From Chiloscyllium plagiosum (taxonomy: Eukaryota): a DNA stretch of 62,000 nt. A program made the translations under genes and the position numbers. The stretch is taken from positions 12,383,553-12,445,552 of the forward strand of contig NC_057754.1 of assembly GCF_004010195.1 (NCBI RefSeq). Reading direction: 5' to 3'. Shown here in pieces: positions 1 to 12,120 of this stretch. The notes under the pieces were generated by a model, which saw only the letters and a program-made list of their open reading frames with translations, had not been told where the DNA came from and searched no databases. Every line of letters starts with the position of its first letter. Positions within the stretch are counted from its first letter, which is position 1.

Positions 1-326
1 TTGAGGTATAAAAGAAAATGAGAGGCATAGATAGAGTCAATAGCCAGAGATATATTTCCCAGGGCAGAAATGGCTAACACGAGAGGTCATAATTTTAAAG
101 TGGTTGGAGGAAAGTATAGAGGGGATGTCAGAGGTGGGTTCTTTACACAGAGAGTTGTGAGAGCATGGAATGCGTTGCCAACAGCAGTTGTGGAAGCAAG
201 GTCATTGGGGACATTTAAGAGACTGCTGGACATGCAATTGGTCACAGAAATTTGAGAGTCCATACATGAGGATCAATGGTCGGCAAACATCATGGGCTAA
301 AGGGTCTGTTCTGTGCTGTACTGTTC
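1..326 (+). mobile_element. CR1-type LINE 3' end (ORF2 C-terminus and 3' UTR)
   Basis: ORF 70..255 reads TRGHNFKVVGGKYRGDVRGGFFTQRVVRAWNALP, the typical CR1 ORF2 C-terminus, followed by an aagggtctgttctgtgctgtactgttc tail. Confidence 0.9.
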
Positions 327-471
327 AAAACAAAACTTGCAATGCGCCTCAAAAAAAACAACACAGCCGCAGCCTATTCAACCTCTCCTTATAGCTCAAA
401 CCCTCCAAACTTGGCAACAAGGGTGTAAATCTTTTCTGAATCAGAAGCAGACTGACAGTGATTTCATCAAT

Positions 472-690
472 GTCGAAAAGTGTGACGCTGGCAAAGCACA
501 GCAGGTCAGGCCGAATCCAAGGAGCAGAAGGGACCACGTTTCTGGCATAAGCCGTTCATCTGAAATTCCTGATGAAGGGCATATGCCAGAATCGTCGACT
601 CTCCTGCTCTTCAGATGCTGCCTGACCTGCTCTGCTTTTCAAGAGCCACAGTTTTCGACTCTGATCTTCAGTATCTGCAGTTCGCAAATT
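472..690. mobile_element. Palindromic Penelope-terminus-derived element with two degenerate hammerhead cores
   Basis: Arms 472-565 and 566-659 are imperfect reverse complements. The right arm has ctgatga-agggc-atat-gcca-gaat-cgtc (569-596). Same family as the termini at 29038-29218 and 29505-29685. Confidence 0.8.
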
Positions 691-1049
691 CACCTCATAA
701 TATCACAACGTGGGGATAACAGGCAAAACTTTGATACAGCACAAAAAAATTGCGAAGTAATACATGAAGAAATATTACAGGCAACGTTGCTGCTTCTGGG
801 TTAAATTTCAAAACTAGGTCAGACGTAGATTTAAGCAACCTTAAGGATCTTAAGCAACTTACTAGGAAGAGCAATTATTCCTAGGAGCACAAAGAATACT
901 TTTTCACTGTATAGATTGGAGGGTACATGTCATGTGTGCATTGATTTGTGCCTTGCTTCTGTTGGAAATTTCTTGCTGTTTAATTCTGTGATATTTCATA
1001 CTTCAGGTTTTAATTACAGACGCTTTTGGATCTCCGTGTGGAGGTGGGA

Positions 1050-3230
1050 GAAGGGGGTGAGGCGACGACATTTTTATTGCATAAGTTTATAGTGTGTTCA
1101 TTTTCCTTGAAAAGTTCGAACAAACAGATGACAACAGCTGAATTAATCCTCTGAAGCTGTAAGATGTTAACCGTGAGGAATGAAATGGATAAACAGCCAC
1201 TGCCACACGAGGTGACAACATTGGTCATATGGAATAACTGACCAGAATTCGAAACAGTGTTAAAGTTAAATTGAGATGTTCCTTCACGCATCATCAGTTG
1301 CAGGTTTCGACTTCGTATTGTGGTAGTGATAAACTTCTCTTCACGGCCATTCACTCAGAGAATTCCAATCACCATAAAACAGATTCAGGGATATTTGGAC
1401 GAGATCAGAAGCATCGTTACTCTCTTTAGTTGTGGACAGTCAGTTGAGAATTTAAAGTATGAAAATGAGCAACACAGAAATCGTCCAGTTGCATAGTTTC
1501 GTTAAGATGCGTGCCAATCTCACTCCTGTCAGCTCAATATCATTAGTATGTTTCTACAGTGGCGTTCCATGTTTAATTCTCTATAATTGGATCTGCCCTC
1601 GCCAACACTCAGTGAGTTAATTTCAGGTCCTCAGCAAGGGCTGTGCAAACAGTAATTTTCCGCCATAACGTTTTAGCTCTGTTGCCAGCTCCTGCAAACT
1701 CTGTCCTCAGTCAAGTTAATAACCACTGTACAATAATTAAGTGTCTTGTCTTGAGAATAAGAGATTTGGGAAATCAATATAAAAGGCTAACTCAGTCGAG
1801 GATTGCGTTATCCAGCCTTGACTAAAAGATGACGATTTGTAATATCTGTCCATCCACCACAGGCGTAGAGCTAGACAGGTTACAAATGCATCTCTGCATT
1901 TGATGTACTGATGACTTCCCAGGCAATAACAGTAAGTTATGCATTTCATTAATTTCTCTCCCTCACTCGTTGCAGTCCTGCAGTAACTTTTCCCTTCACT
2001 TCCATGAATCTAATATCTACAATTTCTACATCCTGCTGATTACCATTGGTCAGATGCTGAACTGGACTATACAAACGAACATAATGACTGTATGAACAGT
2101 TCAAAAACTAGGGGATACTGTAGCCAGGAAATCAATTCCAAACAATTAAAATGTCATAGGTTTGATGGAATAAAGTCACTTTTCCAGCTGGATTTAGATT
2201 CATCAATATACAGGAAAATTGACATTACTTGCGACAAACAATCTATCTTATTGGCATCACAGCCGACAAATACACACCATCCACAACTGCTGCACGGTAG
2301 GAACACTGCGCATCATCTACAACATTTCGCCCACAACTCATCATTAATTTCATTCAATTAATGCCCCAAACTATTTCTGAAGCTTTATCTAAACAACGAA
2401 ACTAGTTTGATCCTCTTTGTGTAACTCAGTGTCGCTGAATGATGGAAGGTGTTATCCTCTGAAGAGTAGTGTTTCATCTAACTTAAACAGTGTGCATTGG
2501 CTCAGTCTTACAGGGAACTTGCGCAAACTTCTTTCCTAATGATCATTAATCGTCATCAGAAAGCAAGTGATCTCAGTCCCTCTTTATTGTTTCTCACACC
2601 CTGATCAATGTGAAGCTACTTGCTGATGTTGAGGACGACAATTAAATGTTCTCGTTGTATCTCCGCAACAATGATGGATCAATCGATCAGGGTTTTCTTG
2701 TCCTGCTGGACAAATTGCTGTTCTCATTTCTCAAATATTTTCTCTATTTCTTAATTCTAATGGCAGCGAGATAAAAAGCAAATTTAAGCACACATGTCTC
2801 CTCTTAACAGTGCATAAGTTTTCTCTGTTCCAGTGTTCCACTCAACGTTTCTTTTTACCCCATTTACCATTGGATTATTTTTGAAATTCCCGTCGACTGT
2901 TAATCTCCGCACGATTATCCTTTGATTAATTTCTTATCCTGAAGAAAGACAGACAAATATCTCTAAAAGAGATGAAGATGTCTGCAAAGTTATTTGTCGC
3001 TTTATATTACAACTCCGAGAACTTCCAATGGGTTGATGCAATTTTCAAGTGCCAGAAATGCATTCGATCCTCTGGTGTACAGAGGTGTTTTATTCCAGAT
3101 TAAGAGCAGGAAGAATATTGGATAATGGGCTCTGGGTTTTGTTTTGAAGATTTGTTTCGAGATTTTGAAAAACGTTGCTAAGAGCAATGAAAATATTTCG
3201 CCATCCCTGGTCTCAAAGTAGACATTTACC
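1050..3230 (+). mobile_element. Highly decayed L1/Tx1-like ORF2 relic (endonuclease then RT)
   Basis: Degenerate motifs occur in L1 order across shifting frames: GD/FYCI (~GDFNCI), PSRII (~SRID), GSDKLL (~SDH), SGDIW..SLL (~GxGxWKLNxSLL), MMEGVI, YRELAQ (~YKILAK), IINRHQ (~IIHPDQ), PDQCEA (~LDQEKA), DQGF (~RQGC), SYPEE (~YADD), LGF..DFEKR. Confidence 0.5.
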
Positions 3231-3594
3231 TTCTAAAAGATGTCTTCATCTGTCTTCAACTGCTGCGTGGCAGTTGCATATAAACTGGAAAGAAAAACGA
3301 ATATGTAACCAGTGTAGTTCAGTGTAATAAAAAAAACAGAGTAATGTGTCTCCCTTCTGTTAGGTTTTTATACAACATCTGGTTCTGTCTTGAACTCATG
3401 ACAACCAGCATTGAATATCTGAACAGTTTGCTGGAATTGGGGTAAAGACGTTTAAGATTCATCATAAATTCCTTATTTTTGGCACTAAAGTCATCTGGCA
3501 GATAGTAGCGATTTCATCAGTTAATCAGAAACTCACTACTCATCTCCCGTTGCTGTTAACATTGCAGCCATTGCGGTCTTGAAATTGAGTCTTA

Positions 3595-5325
3595 GCGTCA
3601 CGGAGACTTACAGCATGGAGAGAAGCTCTTGGGCCCAAACTGGTCCACGCAGATCAAAATATCCATCCACGTTAACCCTATTTACCTGCACTTGGCCCAT
3701 ATCCTCCCAGATCTTTACTCCCCATGTATTGTACAAATGTCATTTCAATGTTGTTAATGTACGCACCTCAATCACTTCCACTGCAGTTCATTCCATATGA
3801 GTGCCAACCTCTGTGTAAAGAAGTTGCACCGACTTTCCCTTTTATACTTTCCCCTCTAATCTGAAGATGTTGCCCTTTAGTACTCGATTCCCAATCCTGG
3901 GAAAAAAAGACACCAAGTTCATTCACTCTCACCGTGCCTCTCATGATCTCAATCAATTGTCTAAGTTGCCCCCTCCGTCTTCTACCCTTTAAAGAAAAAT
4001 ATCTTAGATTGTCCAAACTCTCACTATAATTCAGACATGTGAGTCCGGGCAGCATCATTGTAAATGTCTTCTGCACTCTTTCCAGTTTAATAAGACTCTT
4101 CTTGTAGCAAGTTGCCCAAAACTTAACACAATACTCCAAGTGCGACATCACCAACGACCTGTACAACTTCACAAAATTTCCCAACTTCTATATTCAGTCC
4201 CCTGGCTGATGAAGGTCGGCGTACCAAAACTGCTCTGCACTGCTCTGTATATCTGCTTTGCAATTTTCAAAGAATCGTGCACCTGATCTCCAAGGTCCCT
4301 TTGTTCCACGACAATTCGTTAGGCCATACCATTTGCCTACCTTGTTTTGACTTTCCAAAATGCAAGACCTCAAACTTATCCGTATTAAACTCTATTTGCC
4401 GTTTCTCTGTCCACTTCCCCAGCTGATCAAGGTTCTGCTACAATTTTTGATAACCTTCTTCACTGTCCACGACACCGCCTATTTTATTATCATCTGCAAA
4501 CCTTCTAATCATGCCTTTGGACATTCTCATCCAAATCATTGATATTGATTAAAAAAAAAACAGTAAAGGCATTCCACTAGTCACAGATCTCTTGTCTGAA
4601 AAAAAAAAAATTCCACTATTGTCCTCTGCATCATGCCGTCCAAATTATCATCTCTCCTTGGATTCTATGTGATATACCCTTCCAAAGAAGATTACCATGC
4701 AGAAACGTATCAAACACTTGATTGAAATCTATGTAAATTATATCCAATGACCTCCCTTCATCAACCTTCCTGATCACTTCATCAAAGAATTCTAAGAAAT
4801 TTGTGAAGTACAATCTCCCACTTTTCAAGCCATGCTGACTATTCCGAATCAAACCTATGTAAATATTATCTCATAGAATCTTCACACGTAAATCCCCTGC
4901 CAGAGATGCAGTCCCCAGGATTTTCTTTGCAGACTTCCTTGATTAAAGGCACAGCATTCACTACCTTCCTGTCCTCAGGGATCTCACCCATCGATAACGA
5001 TGAATCAAATATAGGAACCAGGGCCACACAATCTCTTCTCTAACCTTATATAGTGTTCTATGATATATCTGTTCAGGACCAGGAGATATTTGCAACTTGA
5101 TGCGTTCTACTGCATTCAACACCTTCTCTAATGTGATATGCACTGTCTCCAAGATAAGACCACTAACATTTCCAAGTTCCAAAGTCTTTCTGTATTTTAC
5201 CACGGCAAACACAGTGGATAAATAGTCATGAGGACCTCACCCACCTCCTGCGGTTCTACATATATATGTCCATGTTGGTCCTTGAGGGGTCCTATTTTTT
5301 CTCTTTTACTAATTTTTAAGCCATT
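3595..5325 (-). mobile_element. CR1 LINE fragment (RT region to 3' end), decayed
   Basis: Minus ORFs: SQHGLKSGRLYFTNFLEFFDEV, IYIDFNQVFD, LYRSLVMSHLEYCVKFW, SPGPEQIY. Confidence 0.9.
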
Positions 5326-6575
5326 GCTAACCATGGTACATGCACATTTGGAAGAAAACGGAGTAATTAGTGGGAGGCAGTAGTTTTTTTTTACGGGCAG
5401 TATCATGTCTCACCAAACCGTCTAAACTTCAGAGCAGGTGACCAGAATTACTGATAAGGGGAGGGCTATGGTTGTATTTTAAATGGAATTTAGTAAGGCA
5501 TTTAATGAAGTACCACAAGGCACGTTGGTACAAAAGCCAAAATCACACGGGATTCAGGTTAGGCTGACTAGCTGGCGACATAACTGCCTTGGTCATGGAA
5601 AGGCGTCTTTCAGAATTGAGACCATTAATTATTTGTGTTTCACAAGGATCAGTCTTATGTCCACTCTTCGCTGTGGCATATATAAGTGCTCTGCAGGAAA
5701 ATCTGATTGTCTGATTAGAACATTTGCGGATCACACAAGGATGCTGGCATTGCTGATAGCGCCGAAAACAGGAAATGGAAAGATAGACGACTTGGGCAGA
5801 TGGAGTTTCATTCAGACAAATACGAGTCAATGCCTTTTGGAGGATCAAATTTAGGTGTGAATTCTACTGTAAATGGCAGAACTCTTAAGAACATTAACAT
5901 AGAGATGCATCTGCGAATGCAGGTTCACAGTTCCCTCAAAGTGGCAACACTGGTGGCCATGGTGATTAAGAAGGCATATGGCATGTTTGCCTTCATTGAC
6001 CGAGGCATGTAGAACAAAGGTGGGCAAGCCATCTTGCAGCTACGCAGCCCTTTTAGTTTACATTTGTTATATAATGTGTTATTTTTGTCGCCACACTACT
6101 GGAATGAAATGAAAGCTTTGGGGAGAGTTCAAAGAAGCTTCATTCGGATGCTACTTTGTCTGGAGACATTGGATATGAAGAAACGTTAAAAAGACGAGGA
6201 TTGTTTTCAGTGGAAGGACGGCAGCTGAGAGGACACCTCAAAAGAGAGGCGTAGACAGGGTGGATATTCACAAGCTTTTTCACAGTGTTGAATTTCCACA
6301 TACAAGGGGGCACAGGTTCAAATTGAGAGGAGGAAATTTTAATGATGTTATGTCAAGGAAGTTTTTCGGGCAGACAGTGGTAGGAGCCTGGAACGCAATG
6401 CCAGGAGAGGGGGTGGAGCAGAAAAGTTGTCGACATTTAAAAGACATCTGAATGGTTAAATGAATAAGCAGGGGATAGAGGGACACAGACCGAATAGTGG
6501 AAATATGGTATGTTTTCTTAGAATAGTGATATCATGATAATTGGCACAAGGTTGGAGGGCCGAAGGGCCTGTTCA
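5325..6575 (+). mobile_element. CR1 LINE fragment (RT to 3' end), decayed
   Basis: MEFSKAFNEVPQG, FADHTR (~FADDTK), TRGHRFKLRGG..VVGAWNAMP, ends gggccgaagggcctgtt. Confidence 0.9.
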
Positions 6576-7226
6576 AATAATTTGGTGAGGACAATGGACT
6601 TCTAGATGGTGTAGTGATCAGAAAATGTTCCATTGCCACGGAATAATATCAGAACCTAAACCTCTAAAAGAAACTATAATTTGAGTCAGAAATCCGGAAT
6701 ATAATTTGAGCCTCAGTAATAATGACTGTTGAAATGATCAGAGGGTAGTGCGTGTGTAGAATGAACTGCTGCCAGACGAAGTGTTGGAGATGGGTACAAT
6801 TAAAAAAATTAAAAGGACATCTGCATGGGTTTGAACAGGAAATATTTGAAGTTTATGCCGAAATGCAGGCAACATGACACTCATTTATTAGGGAAACTTG
6901 GTCTCTATGGATGAGTAGGCCAAAGACTTTGTTTCTGTGCTGCATGAGTCTGTGACGTGAGAAAAGGGCAGTAAATATGGGATACGGAATGTGGGCTTCA
7001 TTAACAGGGGCACAGCCGCAGTCACGTCGACCATATGTTATAAAGGCTGCATAAAGCAGAGCTGAAACGTTGACACAGCTCTCTCTGTCCACACATGCTG
7101 AGTTTCTCCAGAAATTTCTGTCTCGGTTTCACACTTAGAGAACACCTCGTCACGAAACTGAATTCAAATTCACCTAGCTGCTGCGAGCATGGGATTTGAA
7201 CCTATGCCCGTCCAAACCGTGACTTT

Positions 7227-7362
7227 GAGGAGAAAGTGAGGTCTGCAGATGCTGGAGATCAGAGCTGAAAATGTGTTGCTGGAAAAGCGCAGCAGGTCAG
7301 GCAGCATCCAGGGAACAGGAGAATCGATGTTTCGGGCATAAGCCCTTCTTCAGGAATCTTTG
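7227..7362 (-). mobile_element. 136-bp Penelope terminal (pLTR) fragment with hammerhead motif and 10-bp TSD
   Basis: Direct repeat ccgtgacttt at 7217-7226 and 7363-7372. Minus strand of 7321-7358 reads gattc-CTGAAGA-agggc-ttat-gccc-GAAAC-ATC-gattc. Confidence 0.85.
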
Positions 7363-7471
7363 CCGTGACTTTACAAACCGTGATTTTGCAACATGAGCTC
7401 CCCAATCAGTGCACTCGGCACTCTGTTACCTGTCTCTGACAGAGGTATCAAGCTGCCCAGAGCAGATTTAC

Positions 7472-7690
7472 TTGGGGTGCAGTTTATAAACAGTGTCATG
7501 CCTCCCCATGGTGACCCAGTGTCTTTCCAGTCCTCTCGGATCTTGTCCACTCCGGCAACCAAGCCTGTGCCGCAGAGCTGGATCGCAAGTTGCAAAAGGA
7601 TGCCATATGCCACCGTGAAAATAATGCTGCCGTCGCACGTACTCGACAGCCGCAACCTCTACTGTAATCAGCAGCAGCGCTAATACATCG
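7472..7690 (-). other. Exon-like segment of unknown gene
   Basis: Polypyrimidine tract and ttgcag acceptor (AG at 7692-7691), gtaaat donor (7471-7466), 219 nt, open in the 7468..7740 frame, GC-richer than the flanks. Confidence 0.3.
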
Positions 7691-7790
7691 CTGCAATGGA
7701 GCAGAGAGGGGGTGAATATAGTCAGGCACATGACGATCAATCACGTTTCAAATCAATATTAACATTCGTCAATATCCTGGGGATTACCAT

Positions 7791-8712
7791 TGTCAGGATT
7801 AGTTGGGTTGCATTTGTAAACAAAAACCAGGAGATTGCTTGAATTCACAATATGCTGTGGATTGTGTGCTTTTGTGTCATATTCTCGAAAATGATTTTTT
7901 TTCACAACGAGAAATTAGGGAACTGTGTAGACGTTTGTTCCACAAGGTCAATCCACCTCAGGGAAATAGGATTTCATATTTTTCGAATCAGAAGTCGTTC
8001 AGGAACCACTTTTGTCCCGAAGTTATTATAGCCCAGAAGCGAAGACAGGTCCTTTTTCTTAGCTTCTCTGAATGGGGTTTTTAAAGGCTCGATGAGGAAG
8101 AACGTCGATCTGAAGCCAAGACTTATGTCCAACAGGCAGGCTGTTGAACTGACACTCGTTTCCAGATCGCTAACAACGTGACTGCCTGACTTAAAGCCAA
8201 AAGGACAATGGAAAACGCATCTAATTCCACCCTTGCAATTGGACTCTTTATCCACAAAACCTGCTTCCTTATGCAAGTTTTGTACTTATGATATTTTGTG
8301 TGTTCTGTCCAATTAATTTCCAACTGTGCATTTGTGTGTACATGTGTGTGTGTGCGTGTGTGGGGGGGGGGGGGTATTTGTGTGACAGAATGTGTTAAAG
8401 TGTGTGTGTGAGCGTCTGCTTATCTGTGTGTATGCTTACGTGTGTGTTGTGATTTAAATGGAATACATTTTCACTTTGCACATTATCCATTAATAATTTA
8501 TTCTCTCACTTAGTAAATGACATGCTTGTTGATTAAAACAATTTTTTTTGCAACGGATTTGTTGACGAAGCCTGGTATGATTTTCTTTACTTTTGTGAGA
8601 TAGTGGTCATAGTAAGCATCCTAGTGACGAAATTGGTAAGTTATACGTCAATTATGGCTTGTGGGGCAGTTGCTTTGATCACCAGAGCACTCTACTCGTC
8701 AGATTTTTGACA
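7791..8712. mobile_element. Probable solo LTR (922 bp)
   Basis: Bounded by TGTCA...TGACA. It splits a LINE frame: atcctggggattaccat | ttgaccagaaactgaact rejoins as ILGITIDQKLN. It contains a (TG)n tract and ATTAAA near 8532. Confidence 0.6.
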
Positions 8713-9310
8713 GTGTTGACCAGAAACTGAACTCGCCCAGGCCATATAAATACATTGGCTAAAAGAGCAACTCAGAGGCTTCGAGTACTGCGGAGAGGAA
8801 CTCACCTCCTAACCCGCATAAGTCTGTCCACCAGTCGCAAATCACAATTCAGGAATGTAATGGAACACTCCCCAGTTGTCTTGGATGGCAAAAAAACTCG
8901 ACACTATTGCAACAAAGCAGCGCGCTTCATTGGCACCACATTCACAGACATCCACTCACTCCAAGACCGACACTCTGTAGCAGCACTGTGTACCATTCTC
9001 AAAATGCACGGCAGGCATTCATCAAAGCTCCTTAGATAGCAGCTTCCAAACCCACGACTACTTCCATCTAAGAGGACAAGGACAGCAGATACATGGGAAT
9101 AAAATCCTCTGCAAGTTCCCCTCTAGGCGACTCACCATCCCAACTTGGAAATATATTGACCATTCTGCGTTGCTGAGTCAAAATCCTGGAATTCTCTCCC
9201 TATTACCATTGTGTGGGTGTCCCCACACCACATGGATTGCAGCCTTTGAAGAAGGCAGCTTGCCACTATCTTCTCAAGGAGCAATTCCGAGATGGTGCAA
9301 TAAGTACTGG
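8713..9310 (+). mobile_element. CR1/L2-group LINE 3' portion (continues 7770-7790)
   Basis: DQKLN..HINTLAKRATQRLRVLRRGTHLL..KSQFRNVMEHSP, followed by a LINE-type 3' UTR. Confidence 0.75.
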
Positions 9311-9664
9311 TCCCAGGGCAAATAGCAGGGGACAAATTTCGAATTGCTATTTCCAGGAGTTTGCTCCTTTCGCATTGGTTGTTGTGCTTCCTGTTTCATA
9401 AAACGACCAGGTAATAGTTGGCGATTCATGACATTCCAGGATCTGAATGCCCTGTATAAATATGACACTGACTCTAGGTGAATGTACTAAGGGACCATGC
9501 CAACGTGGCCGGACGTAACTGAGGAGAGAGTGCGACAAAGGAAGTGAAGATGTATTCTGCGGTAGGCCGCATGTGATCAAGTGTGCCAATACCTGTCACA
9601 ACACTGGAAACAGAACATAGAGCGTCGGGAGCAAGGCAGGGCAGGGGTGGGGGTGCATGTGGGT

Positions 9665-9900
9665 CAGAGGGAGAGAGAGAGAGAAAAAAAAACAGAGAGC
9701 AAGATAGAAACAGATAGTGAGAGAGTCGCAGGTGGCGAAAGACAGCGAAGTAGAGAGAAATAGAAGGAGAAAAAGAGAGAAACAGAGTAAGGGATGGAGA
9801 CCGCTGGACAGAAAAAGTTCGAAAGAGAGAGAGAGAGAGAGAAAGAGAGAAATAGAAAGAAAGAAAAACAGAGAGAAAGAAACAGAGACAGACAGACAGA
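9665..9900. repeat. GA-rich simple repeat
   Basis: Degenerate (GA)n/(GAAA)n tract. Confidence 0.9.
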
Positions 9901-10215
9901 AATACTTTCAGTTAGATAAATCTCCATTGCTGTCTTTTACAAGATCCCTATCTCATTGATACAAAGGGGAATGGGCAGCATTTAATGGCTACCACGGGTG
10001 GAGTTTAGTCTGGAAGGGGAGGATGATTTGTAAACAAGATACAGTAGGAGGGTAATTGTCTGATCCACTTCAATCCAGTGCTTCACCTGGCAGTCTGATC
10101 AATTCCATTCTGTCCCCTGTCCCATTCCCCGTTTCTGTCACACCCCATTAGCCATGTCTTACCGACTCAGTAACTCATCTCTCAATCTGAGACAGGAACA
10201 TTTTGTTTTTTACAT

Positions 10216-10472
10216 TGGATTATTTATAGTGTGGAAACAGGCCCTTCAGCCCAACAAGTCCATACCGAACCGCCACCCACCCAGACCCATTCCCCTACAT
10301 TTACCCCTTCACCTAACACTACGGGCAATTTAGCATGGCCAATTCATTTTACCTGCACATTTTTGGACTATGGGAGGAAACCCACGCAGACACGGGGAGA
10401 ATGTCGCCTGAGGCGGGAATTGAACTCGGGTCTCTGGCTCTGTAAGGCAGCAGTGCTAACCACCATGCCGCC
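10216..10472 (-). mobile_element. HE1-type tRNA-derived SINE
   Basis: Reverse complement has a ggcggcatggtggttagcactgctgcc head, V-SINE-like core ttctccccgtgtctgcgtgggtttcctccc and gggcctgtttccacact tail. Confidence 0.85.
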
Positions 10473-10630
10473 AACTTCTTTCAAAGATGTTCTTGGTTTT
10501 CAGCCTCTCCGAGATCTGACCCCAGAACAGCAACCTCCACTTAATGAAGTCGATAACGATGTTGCGGAAGATCTCGTCCAGGGTAAATGTCACTGATCAT
10601 CTTGTTGTACCTGCTGGAGAGTTCTGATGT

Positions 10631-10960
10631 GAACATAGGAACATAGGAAATATCACGAGTAGGCAATTCAGCTCTTTCTGTCTGTTCCACCATTTAATTA
10701 CATCATCGGCCGATCATCCAACTCAGTCCCCTTGTTCCCTGCTTTCACCCTTTTATCCCTTTAGCCCCTGGAACTATATCCAATTGCTTCTGGTAAACGT
10801 TCATTGTTATGCCTCCTACCGCTTTCTGTGGCAGTGAATTCCATAGGCTCGCCAACTACATGGGTGAATGCATTTCTCATCATCTCAGTCTCACTCCGTA
10901 TCTTTAGAATGTGACCACCTGTTCTGGACTCCTCTCTCACTCTGAGGGACATCCTGATTT
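10631..10960 (-). mobile_element. CR1 LINE 3' end
   Basis: gaacatag tail repeats; ORF 10761..10952 SLRVREESRTGGHILKIR. Confidence 0.8.
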
Positions 10961-11274
10961 CGCTGCACCTCCTCCCTTTTCCAAAGGGGCAGTTTCAGTT
11001 TCAGTTTGTTTTATTTTAGAATAAAAGAAAAAATGTTCTGCTTCAGAACAAGTTAGTGGATTCAGAATGGAATAGGTGGAAACGTGCAAATCTTTAGGTT
11101 TAAAACACACCTTGTAAATCCGTGGAAAGTTCTGCATCATTCAAAGTAAACGTTTATCAAACGCAGGAAGAAATGTACGATCGAGGCCACGAACATCATT
11201 TTAATTTGCGAGTGTGTCTGCTTAGTCATGCTTCTATGTCTCGTGTTACAAATTACAACAACGCAAAATGGATT

Positions 11275-12120
11275 GAGTCATAAACTCATAGAGTCACACA
11301 CCATGGAAATCAACTTTTCAGCCCAACTCGCCTATGCTTCCAAGGTTTCTCAATCTAAACTAGTCTCACTTGCCTGCATTTTCCCAGTTTCCTTCGAAAC
11401 ACTTCCTGTCAATGTATATGGCTAAATATCTTTTTAAACGTTGCAATTGTACCCAAATCTCCCACTTCTTCTCGCATGCTATTCCATAAATGCACCACCC
11501 TCTGCTTGGTATAGTTGCCTCTCATGTCCCTTATAGCTTTGTGCTCTCTCAACCTAAATTTATGCCCTCAGTGTTGGACTCCCCCAAATAACTTGTCGTT
11601 CACCTTATCTATGGCCCTCCTGATTTTATAAACCTCTGTAAGATTGCGCGTCCAGCTCGAATGTTCCATGGAAAAATGCCCCAGTCTGTTTAGGCTCTCC
11701 TTATAAATGAATCATTCCAGTCTTGGTAATATCTTTGGTAAGTATTTTCTGGACCATTTCCAATTTAATAACACCTTTCCAACAACAGGGCGATCAAAGC
11801 TGTAAGCAGTACTCCAAAATGTTCTCACGATTGAACAGCTGCAACATGATGTCCGAATTCCTATTCTCAATGCACTGACCATGAAGTCACGTGTGCCAAA
11901 CGCCTTCTTCACAATCCTGGTTACCTGTAACGTCAGTTTCAATGAATAATATCCGTGCATCCCGAGATCTCTCTGTTCCACAGCCCTTCCCAAGGCCATA
12001 CCATTAACTGTGCAAATCCTGATCTAGTTTACCTTACCAAAATGCAATTTTGTATTTATCTGCATTAAAATCCACCTGCCCATTGGGCCAGCTAATCAAG
12101 ATCCTGTAGGACTCTAAGCT
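11275..12120 (-). mobile_element. CR1 LINE 3' fragment
   Basis: LGRAVEQRDLGM..IVKKAFG; gagtcata tail repeats near 11275-11295. Confidence 0.85.

Noticed and set aside
313..804. 163-aa ORF
   Set aside because: Runs across an antisense CR1 piece and the palindromic PLE element; chance open frame.
7158..7210. tRNA-like T-loop on the minus strand
   Set aside because: Context (tgaattcaaattc) matches the SINE head at 51490-51530; not a tRNA gene.
9581..9959. ER-rich and LS-rich ORFs
   Set aside because: Translation of a GA simple repeat.
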